Positions 1-11,742 of a DNA stretch of 64,000 nt are shown here, piece by piece. The position numbers and the translations under genes were made by a program. Position 1 is the stretch's first letter. Each line of letters begins with the position of its first letter. This DNA comes from Macrostomum lignano (Eukaryota): NCBI GenBank assembly GCA_002269645.1, contig NIVC01002246.1:186001-250000 (forward strand), read 5' to 3'. The notes under the pieces were generated by a model that was not told where the DNA came from, ran no database searches, and saw nothing but the letters and a program-made list of their open reading frames with translations.

Positions 1-470
1 GTCTGCTATCTTCTAGAAGAAGAGCGACAATTGCAAGTCTCTTAAGACAAGAAATTCCATGTCGGTGCAGAGTAACCGGGGAAACCAAAGCATCGATTGA
101 TAATGGAGCAGGTAGTTTCAATGCTGCAACCAAAAACCCCAGTTTATTGTCCCTGCATTTTCCTTTTGTCTTTTTTACAGGATAAATTGGTGCATTGTTA
201 CTACTTAAGCTACTGATAAGCAAGTAGTAATTCTTTTTTTTGAAATTCTGACACTTAGTTAGAGTAGTAGTTAGAGATGACAACAATTGCGAGAATGATT
301 TGAGAAAAACAAATATTTAAAACAAAATAATGTTAAAGTTATCAGTAAAAGAGTTTCGACAAAATAAGAAAATTAAAAAATCACAATGTTAATTTTGTTT
401 AATTTTATCAATGAAGTGTCTTTTTAAGGAAAATGCTTTCTAAGAAAACGTGCGCTAAATTCAAATTCAG

Positions 471-699
471 GTCGGTGGAGGCGGCAGTCGACGCGGCAGC
501 TTTCGGGCGGTCCGACGCGCAGCGGCGGAGGCGGCGTGGCGCGGAGAAGCGCCTCCATCAACCAGAACCCGACGGTTCAACAGGCCGCAGGTGCACCATC
601 TTCGGCTGCTCCAGCTGTCCTGATGTCAACGAAGTTGTCACCAGGCTGCAGGCAGCCCCTGCAGCTGCTCAGAACCCTCAGCTGAGACGCCAGCAGCTT

Positions 700-760
<61 letters not shown>

Positions 761-3178
761 TGTCGCAGCCAGCTTATTCAACTGATAGAGTTGAATCGCT
801 GACACAAATTCTCAGCGGTGGCAGCGGCGGCGCCCCGGCTAGCGATCATTTCGATCAGTACAGGTGAGCGCTTTGTTTGAATGGTTCATTGATGTACTTC
901 CTAGAGATTTCTGATGGAATTCCTGGGATTTCCGATGGGACTTCCTGGGAATTTCCGATGGGATTTCCTGGAAGTTCCGATGGGATTTCCTGGGGATTTC
1001 CGATGAGATTTCCTGGGGATTTCCAATGGGATTTCATGGGAATTTCCGATGGATTTCCTGAGGATTTCCTGGGGATTTCCGATGGGATTTCCTGGAAAGT
1101 TCCGATGGGATTTCCTGGGATTTCCGATGGGATTTCCTGGGGATTTTCGATGGGATTTCATGGGAATTTCGATAGGATTTCCTGGGGATTTCCGATGAGA
1201 TTTCCTGGGAATTACCGATGGGTTCCGTAAATTTTTGATGCGATTTCCTGGAGATTTCTGGTGGGATTTCCCAGGGATTTCAGAGGGGATTTCTGAAAAT
1301 TTCCGATGGGATTTCCGATGATATTTTCGATGGGGTTTCCAATGGATTTCCGATGAGACTCCATGTGGGTTTTCGTTGGAATTCCCTGTGGGATTTCAAT
1401 TGAGATTCCCTGAAAACTACCGATGGGATTACCTGGAGATTCCCGACAGGATTTCCGACGTGATTTCGAAGGGATTTCCTGTTGATTTGCAACGGAGTTT
1501 TCTCAACATCCAAGAGGATTTCCGAATGATGTCTCAATAATATCAGCGCAGTTTTTGCTGGGTTCATCGCAATTCAACAATATGCAGATGTCTATCGTCT
1601 ACCATCCAGAACCCTCGGCCACAACGGCGGCACCCGTCGAAAGCGGACAGCGGCATCGGGCCGACTCCTCTTTCGAAGAATCTACGGCCTCGCCCAACAA
1701 TAGCGGCGGTGGAGGCGGCAACGCAAGCGGCAGAGGCGTGGCGCCGGGGGCGGCGGCAGAGGCGCCGCGAACGTCGGAGGAGCGGCCGGGCCTCGGCTGG
1801 CGACTCGGACAGCGGGCTGAGCGAAGTCAGCGGCTCCGGACAGCTGGGACGCGGCGGCCGACGCAGACGGACAATGCCCTCCTGCTGAGCACCCGCCAGT
1901 GCGACCGGCCACAGTGGCGCACTCGACGCTGGAGGAGATCGCGCACAGGTGAGACTGGCGTCCACCGACACATGTCGATGGTCGATTGTGGATTGTAGAT
2001 TGTGGATTGTGGATTGTGGATTGCCGATTGTCGATTGTGGATTGTGGATTGCCGATTGTCGATTGTGGATTGGGGATTGTGGATTGTGGATTGTAGATTG
2101 TGGATTGTGGATTGTGGATTGTGGATTGTGGATTGCCGATTGTCGATTGTGGATTGTGGATTGTGGATTGTAGATTGTAGATAGTAGATTGTGGATTGTG
2201 GATTGTGGATTGTGGATTGTGGATTGTGGATTGTGGATTGTGGATTGTGGATTGTGGATTGTAGATTGTAGATAGTAGATTGTGGATTGTGGATTGTGGA
2301 TTGTGGATTGTGGATTGTGGATTGTGGATTGTGGATGTGGATGTGATTGTGGATTGTGGATTGTGATTGTAGATTGTAGATAGTAGATTGTGGATTGTGG
2401 ATTGTGGATTGTGGATTGTGGATTGTGGATTGTGGATTGTGGATTGTAGATTGTGGATTGTGGATTGTGGATTGTGGATTGTGGATTGTAGATTGTAGAT
2501 TGTGGATTGTGGATTGTGGATTGTGGATTGTGGATTGTAGATTGTGGATTTTGCATTGTGGATTGCGGATATTATGGATTGTTGATTGTTTATTGTGGAT
2601 TTCTGCTTGAAGCTTTATATCGCAGAATTTTTGTCACTAATTATTTTTGCATGCTCAATAGTCAGTTTGTTGATGCTGATTTTTAAATGTTTATTTTTGA
2701 TTCTTGATTCTCAATGATGACTATTTTAATTGTTAAAAATTCTTAGTCTTGCAGCCGGAAACTTACTAAAGAGGTTCCGCACGCCCCTATAAATTGCAGC
2801 GCGGAGAACCTCAAGAACTCCACATTCATCATTGAGAACGGCATTCGCAAGCGAGTGCACGCTGAGTCGCGGCCCTGTCTGGTGACCGACCCGGCCTCCA
2901 AGCTGACGCGTGCCTGTGCGTCAACGACGCCCGCTGATCCTGAGCGCCTGGCGCCGCTGCCGAGGCACTACCGGATCGAGTCGCAGGCAAAGCTGGCAAA
3001 GGATCTCGGCGAAGGCAGCCTGCCAGACGTCAGCGTGTGCCGGCATATCCGACGCCATGGCGGAGTGATGTCGCGCGACGAGGTCGCCCGACTGAGCGAG
3101 GCTCGCCGACTCGAACTTCTGCGGTTGGAGGAGCGGCGCAGACAGGGCGAAATCGTCATCCGAATGGCCGATCTTAAG
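471..3178 (+). CDS. Unidentified host gene A, exons 471-863, 1588-1948, 2755-3178 (polyQ, low-complexity protein); 5' end lies upstream of 471
   Basis: GC-rich segments bounded by canonical splice sites (ttcag|471, 863|gtgagc, tgcag|1588, 1948|gtgaga, ttgcag|2755, 3178|gtcagc). Exon 3 reads open (SRKLTKEVPH...RRQGEIVIRMADLK). Exon 2 is 361 nt, one base off the phase required, implying an indel. No family recognised. Confidence 0.6.
700..759 (+). repeat. Pure (CAG)20 polyglutamine tract in gene A exon
   Basis: Uninterrupted cag run in frame with ORF 433-867. Confidence 0.9.
900..1500. repeat. Degenerate ~20-bp minisatellite (GGGATTTCC/GATTTCCGAT core), intronic
   Basis: Tandem gggatttcctggggatttccgat variants, decaying towards the right. 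Confidence 0.85.
1985..2600. repeat. (GATTGTG)n heptamer array, intronic
   Basis: Direct inspection. Confidence 0.95.
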
Positions 3179-3394
3179 GTCAGCAGACTGTTAGAGAGGG
3201 GCGTGAGCGGTTGATGCATTATTTGGAGGCTAAATAATGTACAATACAATCACTCACTAGAACCCCACTGCCCCATTCAAACCAATGTACTTTCGCCAGT
3301 AGAAAGGAGGCAAAGTTGCAGTGCCAAGCTGATACGAAATAAAAAGCGGGGTTAGAGAGGAGCGTGAGCTGGGTGCTTTCTGTAGGTTAGAATT

Positions 3395-4376
3395 TGTTTG
3401 GCGCAAATTACGCAGATGGAATGAGGTGGGTGCGCTTTCTAGGGGGAGAGAGTTAGATTGGCGCAAAGTACGCAGATGGAGTGAGGTGGGTGCGCTTTCT
3501 ATGGGAAAGAGTTAGTTTGGCGCAAAGTACGCAGATGAGTGAGGTGGGTGTGCTTTCTAGGGGAGAGAGTTAGTTTGGCGCAAAGTACGCAGATGGAGTG
3601 AGGTGGGTGTGCTTCCAAGGGGGAGAGTTATGTTTGGCGCAAAGTACGCAGATGGAGTGAGGTGGGTGTGCTTTCCAGGGGGAGAGAATTAGATTGGCGC
3701 AAAGTACGCAGATGGAGTGAGGTGGTGCGCTTTCTATGGGAAAGAGTTAGTTTGGCGGCAAAGTACGCAGATGAAGTGAGGTGGGTGTGCTTTCTAGGGG
3801 AGAGAATTAGATTGGCGCAAAGTACGCAGATGGAGTGAGGTGGGTGCGCTTCTATGGGAAAGAGTTAGTTGGCGCAAAAGTACGCAGATGGAGTGAGGTG
3901 GGTGTGCTTTCTAGGGGAGAGAGTTAGTTTGGCGCAAAGTACGCAGATGAGTGAGGTGGTGTGCTTTCCAAGGGGGAGAGTTAGTTTGGCGCAAAAGTAC
4001 CAGACAGTGGAGTGAGGTGGGTGTGCTTTCTAGGGGGAGAGAATTAGATTGGCGCAAAGTACGCAGATGGAGTGAGGTGGGTGCGCTTTCTATGGGAAAG
4101 AGTTAGTTTGGCGCAAAGTACGCAGATGAAGTGAGGTGGGTGTGCTTTCTAGGGGGAGAGAATTAGATTGGCGCAAAGTACGCAGATGGAGTGAGGTGGG
4201 TGCGACTTTCCTATGGGAAAGAGTTAGTTTGGCGCAAAGTACGCAGATGGAGTGAGGTGGGTGTGCTTTCTAGGGGAGAGAGTTAGTTTGGCGCAAAGTA
4301 CGCAGATGGAGTGAGGTGGGTGTGCTTTCCAAGGGGGGAGAGTTAGTTTGGCGCAAAGTACGCAGATGGAGTGAGT
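3395..4376. repeat. ~59-bp tandem repeat containing GGAGTGAGGTGGGTG
   Basis: Repeated gcgcaaagtacgcagatggagtgaggtgggtgtgctttc units. Confidence 0.95.
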
Positions 4377-4907
4377 TTTTAGCAAAATTTAAATGAGCAG
4401 TTAAATCTCCATGTACGCATGTTTACCGTATTTTCTTATCTTATGCAACTGAATTTGTCGTTAGAGCTAAACTTAATGGCTTGCATCAGGCACGAAAATA
4501 CCGTTTGAAGTGTTTGATTTGAGGACAGCATGACTCTGGTCTGCTTGCCGAATACATTTTATGAACCAGCTTAAATTAAATTTCCCCAACTTTTATTTCG
4601 GGAAAATTGGAATGCAGGAGTTCAAACGACTTCCTCTGACTGATCCGCATCACGGATTTGTCACCCGGTCCAACATGCGCCGGTGCCGTCACTGCGCCGG
4701 CATTTCGGTGGTCGATCTGGCAGAGTGGAGCCAGCCAAAGCTCGTCACCTGTGGATTGAAGCGATCAAACTGCTGGCTGCCGCCACACTGCGCACCTGTC
4801 GCATTGCAGCCGACTTTCTTAAATTGGAGGCGAAGGTTTGACCGAATTAATTTGCGGGTCTATTGAGTTTCAAAAGTTAGTCAATAAGGAAGTACAGCTA
4901 CATGTTA

Positions 4908-5409
4908 TGGTTACCTGTTAGACAGGATATAGTTACCTGTTAGACAGGATATGGTTACCTGTTAGACAGGATATGGTTGCCTGTTAGACAGGATATGGTT
5001 GCCTGTTAGATAGGATATGGTTACCTGTTAGACAGGATATGGTTGCCTGTTAGACAGGATATGGTTACCTGTTAGACAGGATATAGTTGCCTGTTAGACA
5101 GGATATGGTTACCTGTTAGACAGGATATGGTTGCCTGTTAGACAGGATATGGTTGCCTGTTAGATAGGATATGGTTACCTGTTAGACAGGATATGGTTAC
5201 CTGTTAGACAGGATATGGTTGCCTGTTGGACAGGATATGGTTGCCTGTTAGACAGGATATAGTTGCCTGTTAGACAGGATATGGTTACCTGTTAGACAGG
5301 ATATGGTTGCCTGTTAGACAGGATATGGTTACCTGTTAGACAGGATATGGTTGCCTGTTAGACAGGATATGGTTGCCTGTTAGACAGGATATGGTTGCCT
5401 GTTAGACAG
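4908..5409. repeat. 21-bp tandem repeat with internal hairpin CCTGT-TAG-ACAGG
   Basis: ggtt(a/g)cctgttagacaggatat units. Confidence 0.95.
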
Positions 5410-7711
5410 GGAATAATCGTAAAAAGTTTTCAGCTCAGTTATATTTTTGTCATTTTGTTATCTTGGCAAATCAGAACAATTTATTATAGCAAATTGGCAT
5501 AATTAATGAGTAAATTTTTTTTATAAGTTTGGCACGCCAAGTTCGTCCCCGTGCATGCGTTTATAATTACAGTTTGAAGTGTTTTTATTAATTTAGATTA
5601 AAATCGCGAGACGAGAATTAAAAAGACACTAATTGTTTTATAACAACCTCGCACCCCCCCCCCCCAACCATTGCAGGACTGGTGTCAGGAGCACCTGCTG
5701 CTAGTATTCGTGTTCGTCATCAATACTGGTTTAGCCATGCTGTTTTTTAGCTTATTGACAAGTGAAAAAACTGACACCTGATATCTAGGGGGCATCGCAG
5801 GCCCTCTGTACCCTCTCTCCCGTTAGTTCTTATTCGTGTAACAAGAGCTATACTCTGATGCCCAGTTGTTTTACATGTAGCTTGTACAGCTTAGCTATAC
5901 AAGTGTGTTTTGACAACCTACACAAGTACTTACGCGACAAAGACTTATTAAAACAGCCTTTGCTGCCCTATAAGAGGTCTAAAAATGCGTTAAAATTTAT
6001 AGTTCCAGGCGCAAGTCGTGAAGTTGACAATGCAATTTAAATTATCTGATTGAATTAATTACGCTTAATTTTCGTCTTGGACAAATTAGATATTGATTTT
6101 ATTTTAATATCAATGCTTTTAATTCTCTGTCAAGCTGATAATTATTTCGATGATAAATATTTAGCAGAAGATCTATTTTCGTCCTGGGGTACATTAAATA
6201 TTAAATATATTCGACATTGCTCTTTGCACAGTTATATATTAACGGTCCCTGCACAATGTTGTTTGGACCAAGTTGACGAAATCCATCACACCTTTCTATA
6301 ATTACTTTCTGAATTGGAGCCACGTAAAATTTTAAAAATTATTGGCTATCATTGAATGGTGGCAGCGTTCTCTAAAACGGTTTTGCAAAGATTCACTGTT
6401 TAGGCTTTTGGCCATAGACTACTTCTGGTGGAGAAAATGCTGCCAAGTATAGAAAAGTACATTACAGGGACAGGAACGGCTGAAGATTCGGCGGAACTTT
6501 ATTATTAGTGATCGAAATGTCACTTCACGGCAATGACCGCCTGTTTCAGCCATAGACATTTCAATCAATGCGGCTAATATGATATGACGACGCACACTCG
6601 TGACCTTGGCTAAAACTAGCTGAAATGCTCGCTTCATACTAGCCTTCCTTTTACTTGCCCCGTCTCCGCGGAAAGCATTTCATGAAAACCTCAGCTTGAA
6701 AAATGAATCGAATTCAGCTCGGACAAAACACAGACAGCAGCTAGCACGCCCTCGAAATTCCTGTTAAAGTGTACCTGAGAAATGCCTGTGGTTGATTTAG
6801 AGACTCATTTCGAGGTTTCTGAAAGACGTACATGTACAGTACCCAGTCAATGCTGAGAACGAGCACATCTTGTGCATACATGCACATGCCATCTTCAGCG
6901 AGTAATTTAAGGTTCCTAATAGCGTACATGTATTACAGTTGATAACAATTTCTCTTACACGTATGTAGATGTCCCTTTAAAGTCGTTTCCTCCCATGTTG
7001 CAGCAGCATATATAACTACATGTACACATACATGTCTACATGCAGTTCCAGATCATATTATCATCAGTACATAATTGAATATGAAACATATACATCGATT
7101 ACATCCAAAGGGAATTAATATAAGCGTCGCCTGAACGCCAACCAACGCCCTCTCATGACGGCCCGCGTTGGAGCGCCGCCCCTGATGAGCGCTACTCTAC
7201 GCCGGCGCCGTCGACCATGCAGATACAGCTGGGCCACTGCCTCCGATCCGAACCTCTTGGCTGTGCTGAATGCATGTGCATCGACTGAACTGCAGTGCCG
7301 TTGCCTAGGCTTGGCATTCTGACTGAGTGCTTCATTGCCGACTTGCTTGCAGCTAGGCGCTTCCGCTGGCCCCTTATAAATAAACTATTGTTCAAAAGCT
7401 TCTAAAAAGTATCATTAATTTACAAAATTGATATTTTACGTAAACTGTAAAAGCGACGGCTTCTGCCAGTCTCTCCTGCCTGTATAGATGTACGAGCGCG
7501 TACAGTGAGGGCTGAATAAGCGCGCACAGGCACAAGCGCGCATGTGTATTTTTTGGCAAGTGTGGAAATAAGCGCGCACAGGCAAAAGCGCGCAAAAACC
7601 ACAGTGGCTTTACCGCGGAGGCAATTTTTACGGCTGAGAGACATAAGCAATTTTTACAGCTATCCGGCACAAAGTCACGAAAGCTGATGGCAAGGACTAT
7701 ACTCAAGTAAC

Positions 7712-7985
7712 AAGTTGTCCTTGTCATTATTTTAAACATTTTTTTTCAAGTGACAGACCAATTTAACTTGAAAAATCGATGAATGCGTCGTTAGAGCAGC
7801 ATGTGAGGCACAAAATAGTGTGATTAGAACTTTCTCTGACACTGTTAAGAGACCCAATCACTGTTTTAGTGTTGAAAATCGTGAAATTTCCTATTTCCGT
7901 AGTGTATTTTTCCGGTGAAACCTGCCTTAAAAACTATTTCTGAACGAAAAGCTTTATGAATATCGATAGAGCAATAAGAAAGGCA
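7712..7985 (+). mobile_element. Left half of a dispersed repeat interrupted by the Polinton (right half 18683-18750)
   Basis: Matches reverse complement of 61662-61997 continuously across the Polinton insertion point. Confidence 0.85.
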
Positions 7986-8668
7986 ACTACGTATCGTGCA
8001 GATTGTTGTCGATTTTGGAGGTGAGGTGGGTGTCAGAGCCAATGGAAATTCAACGCCTATCTAAATACATTAGACCTCTTCTAATTGGTCCAGACCCTGT
8101 AAGTCATTATGTGAGACATTTATGCATGTAACTCTCGTGTAAATCTAATTATACATGTAATCAGTGTACACTGTGTCGTACAGAAGCGACGAGTACAATA
8201 TAGTACGCATAATTAGCGCTTCACCGTAGCAGTTGTTGTACGCAGAAGCGCGCGCGCCCCCATCCCCACACAATGCAGCATTGGTGTACGCAGAATTAAC
8301 TGTCCATATTAACTGTCCATATACCAAAAATTGGCAGAATTAACGTGCGCCGACCCACCCGATAACTGTCCATATTATTACTTGTCCATATTTACTGTCC
8401 ATCCCAAAATTGGTGTACGCACAGAATTGTCTGTGACCCCCACAAAATTGGCGGCCCCACGCGGAGGCACGATGAGTCAGCCGCTGTAAATCGCTGCTAT
8501 CCACCCCTCTGCTGCAGCCTGTTATTTCCACTCACACCATTCTCCATCCCTCTAGAATTCTGTCCTCCGTAGCCACTCCGGGGCAATTACGTCATACCCA
8601 ACCCCTCCCCCAGAGCCAAATAAGTTTTCAAAAGGTGTATATATATTTACACAAAAAGCCGGCCGAGC
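7986..8668 (+). repeat. Left terminal inverted repeat of the Polinton (683 bp)
   Basis: Reverse complement of 17788-18682 apart from a short central segment; about 6 transition mismatches by eye. Confidence 0.95.
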
Positions 8669-8934
8669 CACAATGCTAACTTTATAGTCAGACACGTCAT
8701 CAAGGTCTGAAAACACAAACTTCTATGCATGAAATATTCTCGTTTAACAAGATGCCAAACCAATTTTGTTCAGACAGCAAACTATAAATAAGAAAATTTG
8801 GATTCTCGGCCGTTTATCTAAATTCACCTAGTTCAATTAACACCCCAATCATGTGGAAAACGCAGTGTTTGACAAGCAATTTTTGGTTGCCAAAGCACAA
8901 GAGGACAGACCGCCAAAGCATGAACTGGCAACAA

Positions 8935-10354
8935 CTTGGAGCAAGGATTTCAGCACACCTCCAACGCCAGCACCGAAAATAGGTACAAAAGGCTCATTTT
9001 TTCTGGAATCCTCGATAACGACAACACCGTAAAAAGCTCGTTAACATGTAATTAAAACAAAAACTTATTGAGACTCTCGGGTATATAAGCACCAACCCGG
9101 GGCACCAAGCACCCGTACCTGCAAATTTTTCTCGGATTCTCGGCAGTTTTTCAAGCTCGAATAACATCCCCACCACTAGTGCGAACAACGCAGCAGTGCT
9201 TGACAAGAAATGAGCTGGATTTCCAGAGACTACCCCCTATTTTCGAACGAGGAAAAAGACGAATATGAGGCCTTGAAAAAATCTGCTGACTGGTTGTGCA
9301 TTTGCCACAGCAAACCGATTTCCGAGCGATTAGTCACCTTCAATGCCAAGGTCGAGGAAATTGATCAAGGCCCCTACGACAGCCAAGACTACGCAGCAGC
9401 CAGGATAAATGAGCAACTACGGGACAAAATGAGATTCAAAGCTGATTTAGCACGAATGGAGAGATTACTGGCTCCGATACTAAGTGAGGAGCATCGCCAA
9501 AAAATACGTTTTCGGAACCATCAAGATCTGTATGATCCGTCGTGGGAGGAGCAACAAAAGATTTGGAATTTTTGGCTGCCAAAGCACAAGAGGAACAGGC
9601 CGCCAAAGCTTGAACTACCAGCAACTTGGAGCAAGGATTTCAGCACACCTCCAACGCCAGCACCGAAAATAGGTACAAAAGGCTCATTTTTTCTGGAATC
9701 CTCGATAACGACAACACCGTAAAAAGCTCGTTAACATGTAATTAAAACAAAAACTTATTGAGACTCTCGGGTATATAAGCACCAACCCGGGGCACCAAGC
9801 ACCCGTACCTGCAAATTTTTCTCGGATTCTCGGCAGTTTTTCAAGCTCGAATAACATCCCCACCACTAGTGCGAACAACGCAGCAGTGCTTGACAAGAAA
9901 TGAGCTGGATTTCCAGAGACTACCCCCTATTTTCGAACGAGGAAAAAGACGAATATGAGGCCTTGAAAAAATCTGCTGACTGGTTGTGCATTTGCCACAG
10001 CAAACCGATTTCCGAGCGATTAGTCACCTTCAATGCCAAGGTCGAGGAAATTGATCAAGGCCCCTACGACAGCCAAGACTACGCAGCAGCCAGGATAAAT
10101 GAGCAACTACGGGACAAAATGAGATTCAAAGCTGATTTAGCACGAATGGAGAGATTACTGGCTCCGATACTAAGTGAGGAGCATCGCCAAAAAATACGTT
10201 TTCGGAACCATCAAGATCTGTATGATCCGTCGTGGGAGGAGCAACAAAAGATTTGGAATTTTTGGCTGCCAAAGCACAAGAGGAACAGGCCGCCAAAGCT
10301 TGAACTACCAGCAACTTGGAGCAAGGATTTCAGCACACCTCCAACGCCAGCACC
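8935..10354 (+). repeat. Near-perfect 690-bp tandem duplication inside the Polinton, plus an older deleted copy at ~8800-8935
   Basis: 9210-9899 and 9900 onward are identical until ~10354; acttggagcaaggatttcagcac recurs at ~8935, ~9625, ~10315. Confidence 0.9.
9210..9722 (+). CDS. Polinton hypothetical protein, 170 aa (copy 1)
   Basis: Intact ATG ORF preceded by GGGTATATAAGC at 9079-9090; no family recognised. Confidence 0.7.
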   Translation: MSWISRDYPLFSNEEKDEYEALKKSADWLCICHSKPISERLVTFNAKVEEIDQGPYDSQDYAAARINEQLRDKMRFKADLARMERLLAPILSEEHRQKIRFRNHQDLYDPSWEEQQKIWNFWLPKHKRNRPPKLELPATWSKDFSTPPTPAPKIGTKGSFFLESSITTTP

Positions 10355-10436
10355 CGAAAATAGGAACAAAAGGTTCATTTTTTCCGGAATCCCCGATAAC
10401 GACAACTCTGTAAAAAGCTCGTTATCGTGTAATTAA
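9900..10436 (+). CDS. Polinton hypothetical protein, 178 aa (copy 2, different C-terminus)
   Basis: Identical to copy 1 up to PTPAP, then a 1-nt shift gives a different tail. Confidence 0.7.
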   Translation: MSWISRDYPLFSNEEKDEYEALKKSADWLCICHSKPISERLVTFNAKVEEIDQGPYDSQDYAAARINEQLRDKMRFKADLARMERLLAPILSEEHRQKIRFRNHQDLYDPSWEEQQKIWNFWLPKHKRNRPPKLELPATWSKDFSTPPTPAPENRNKRFIFSGIPDNDNSVKSSLSCN

Positions 10437-10531
10437 AACAAAAACTTATTGAGACTCTCGGGTATATAAGCACCAGCCCGGAGCATCTGCAAGCACCCGT
10501 ACCTGCAAATTTTTCTAAACAGACAAGAGAC

Positions 10532-11284
10532 ATGGAGACAGTGCAAGACTTCAACTGCGTCAAGCGAGAGCTGCTGGCACTCAAACCGCGAGGTCCGAGC
10601 TTCAACGGGGTTGAAACGTTTGACATTGAATATGACGAACAGGGACCTCTCTACTTGGCCAATGCGGTCCCTGTTTTGATCGTCAAGGGCGTGCGTACTG
10701 ACAACGAAGGTCGCGAATTCATCATCATTGCACAAAAACACATTGAAAGCTGCATACCCTACACTTTCAACACTGTGGCGGAGCACCTTTCCAGCGAAAG
10801 TCTAGCTCTGCTGGGCTACAACCCAGCGTTTGGAGGTGACAGTGCAGCGTTTGGGCTGGCTCACGACTTTAAAATGTACGACCAAAACGGACTGCCTGTA
10901 GAGGATTACAAAAACAAGAGCGGCTACTACAGGATTCTGTTTACTCTCGACACGGCCGTGATTCGAGACGCTGTTTTGACCGCAATGCCAAAAATTCAAC
11001 AGCTACAGTTTGTCGAAGAAGCCAAACAGGCATTTGATCGTTGCTATTGGACGCCACCTCCAAAAATCAAGGTAGGCACCAAGAAAGTAAGCAAGAAAGC
11101 AAAGAAACCACCAAAGCTTGTCAAGGAGAAGCTGCCAAAGGTGCCTAAAAATCAGGCCAGAAAGCGACAGCATCAATCGAAACTAGTAGCAGCCAACGAA
11201 TCAAAGAAGCGGTCGAAAGCCCCCAAGAAGGATACGAAAGTAAAAACTGCCGAAAAATCTACTTGCAGAACGTCGAGTGTGTGA
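10532..11284 (+). CDS. Putative T7 gp2.5/DUF2738-like OB-fold ssDNA-binding protein with Lys-rich tail
   Basis: C-terminal pattern FKMYDQNGLPV...SGYYRILFTLDTAVI...KIQQLQF resembles the NCLDV/DUF2738 SSB motif (by-eye match only); TATATAA at 10463. Confidence 0.5.
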   Translation: METVQDFNCVKRELLALKPRGPSFNGVETFDIEYDEQGPLYLANAVPVLIVKGVRTDNEGREFIIIAQKHIESCIPYTFNTVAEHLSSESLALLGYNPAFGGDSAAFGLAHDFKMYDQNGLPVEDYKNKSGYYRILFTLDTAVIRDAVLTAMPKIQQLQFVEEAKQAFDRCYWTPPPKIKVGTKKVSKKAKKPPKLVKEKLPKVPKNQARKRQHQSKLVAANESKKRSKAPKKDTKVKTAEKSTCRTSSV

Positions 11285-11742
11285 ACCGAGTGTTTTGCGC
11301 GAAATGGAGCCGCATGCCTGACTTGGACTGGGCGAGCGCACGGACATTTCGCAGACCAAGAGCTCTTATCAATTTGCGAATAGGAAAATGTACAATCAAC
11401 TTTTTTCAGCGCTCTTTGTCTGCAATTGTATTCGGTTGTCGCTCAGTCAACCAAGTTTTGCGTCTTTTTCCTCAATGTAAACCAATTTCTGTTGTTGTTA
11501 CCACTAGTACTTACCGCGCTGAAGTAGACAGATGGCCAAACTTTTTCCAAATTGCATACTCCGGGTCCCGCTGGGTGAAGTGGGAGTGCGAAGTTTTCAA
11601 TGGAATAGTAATAAAGTCTCCATTTCGCAATGCTAAATGTTTATTATGCGGAAAGAATGGCCGCCTTGTTTTCCTTGGAATACGAAACTTTAAAGAGCTC
11701 TGTCAAATGTACGATCATGTGACTAGCGTTTTGCATGTCTAA
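11263..11742 (+). CDS. TATA-binding-protein-like protein (two TBP half-repeats); no in-frame ATG before the domain start
   Basis: [39 protein letters not shown] aligns with TBP [54 protein letters not shown] aligns with [33 protein letters not shown] aligns with MRIREPRTTALIF..VCTGAKS. Confidence 0.75.
   Translation: [159 protein letters not shown]

Noticed and set aside
433-470. ATG at 433 as the start of gene A
   Set aside because: Lies in AT-rich sequence before a good acceptor (ttcag at 470), so it is probably intronic
4618-4836. GC-rich exon-like segment in the gene A intron
   Set aside because: The acceptor-compatible frame and the most protein-like frame disagree, so no consistent exon could be built
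3395-5409. Regular repeat arrays as possible CRISPR arrays
   Set aside because: Units are contiguous with no unique spacers, there are no cas genes, and the context is eukaryotic
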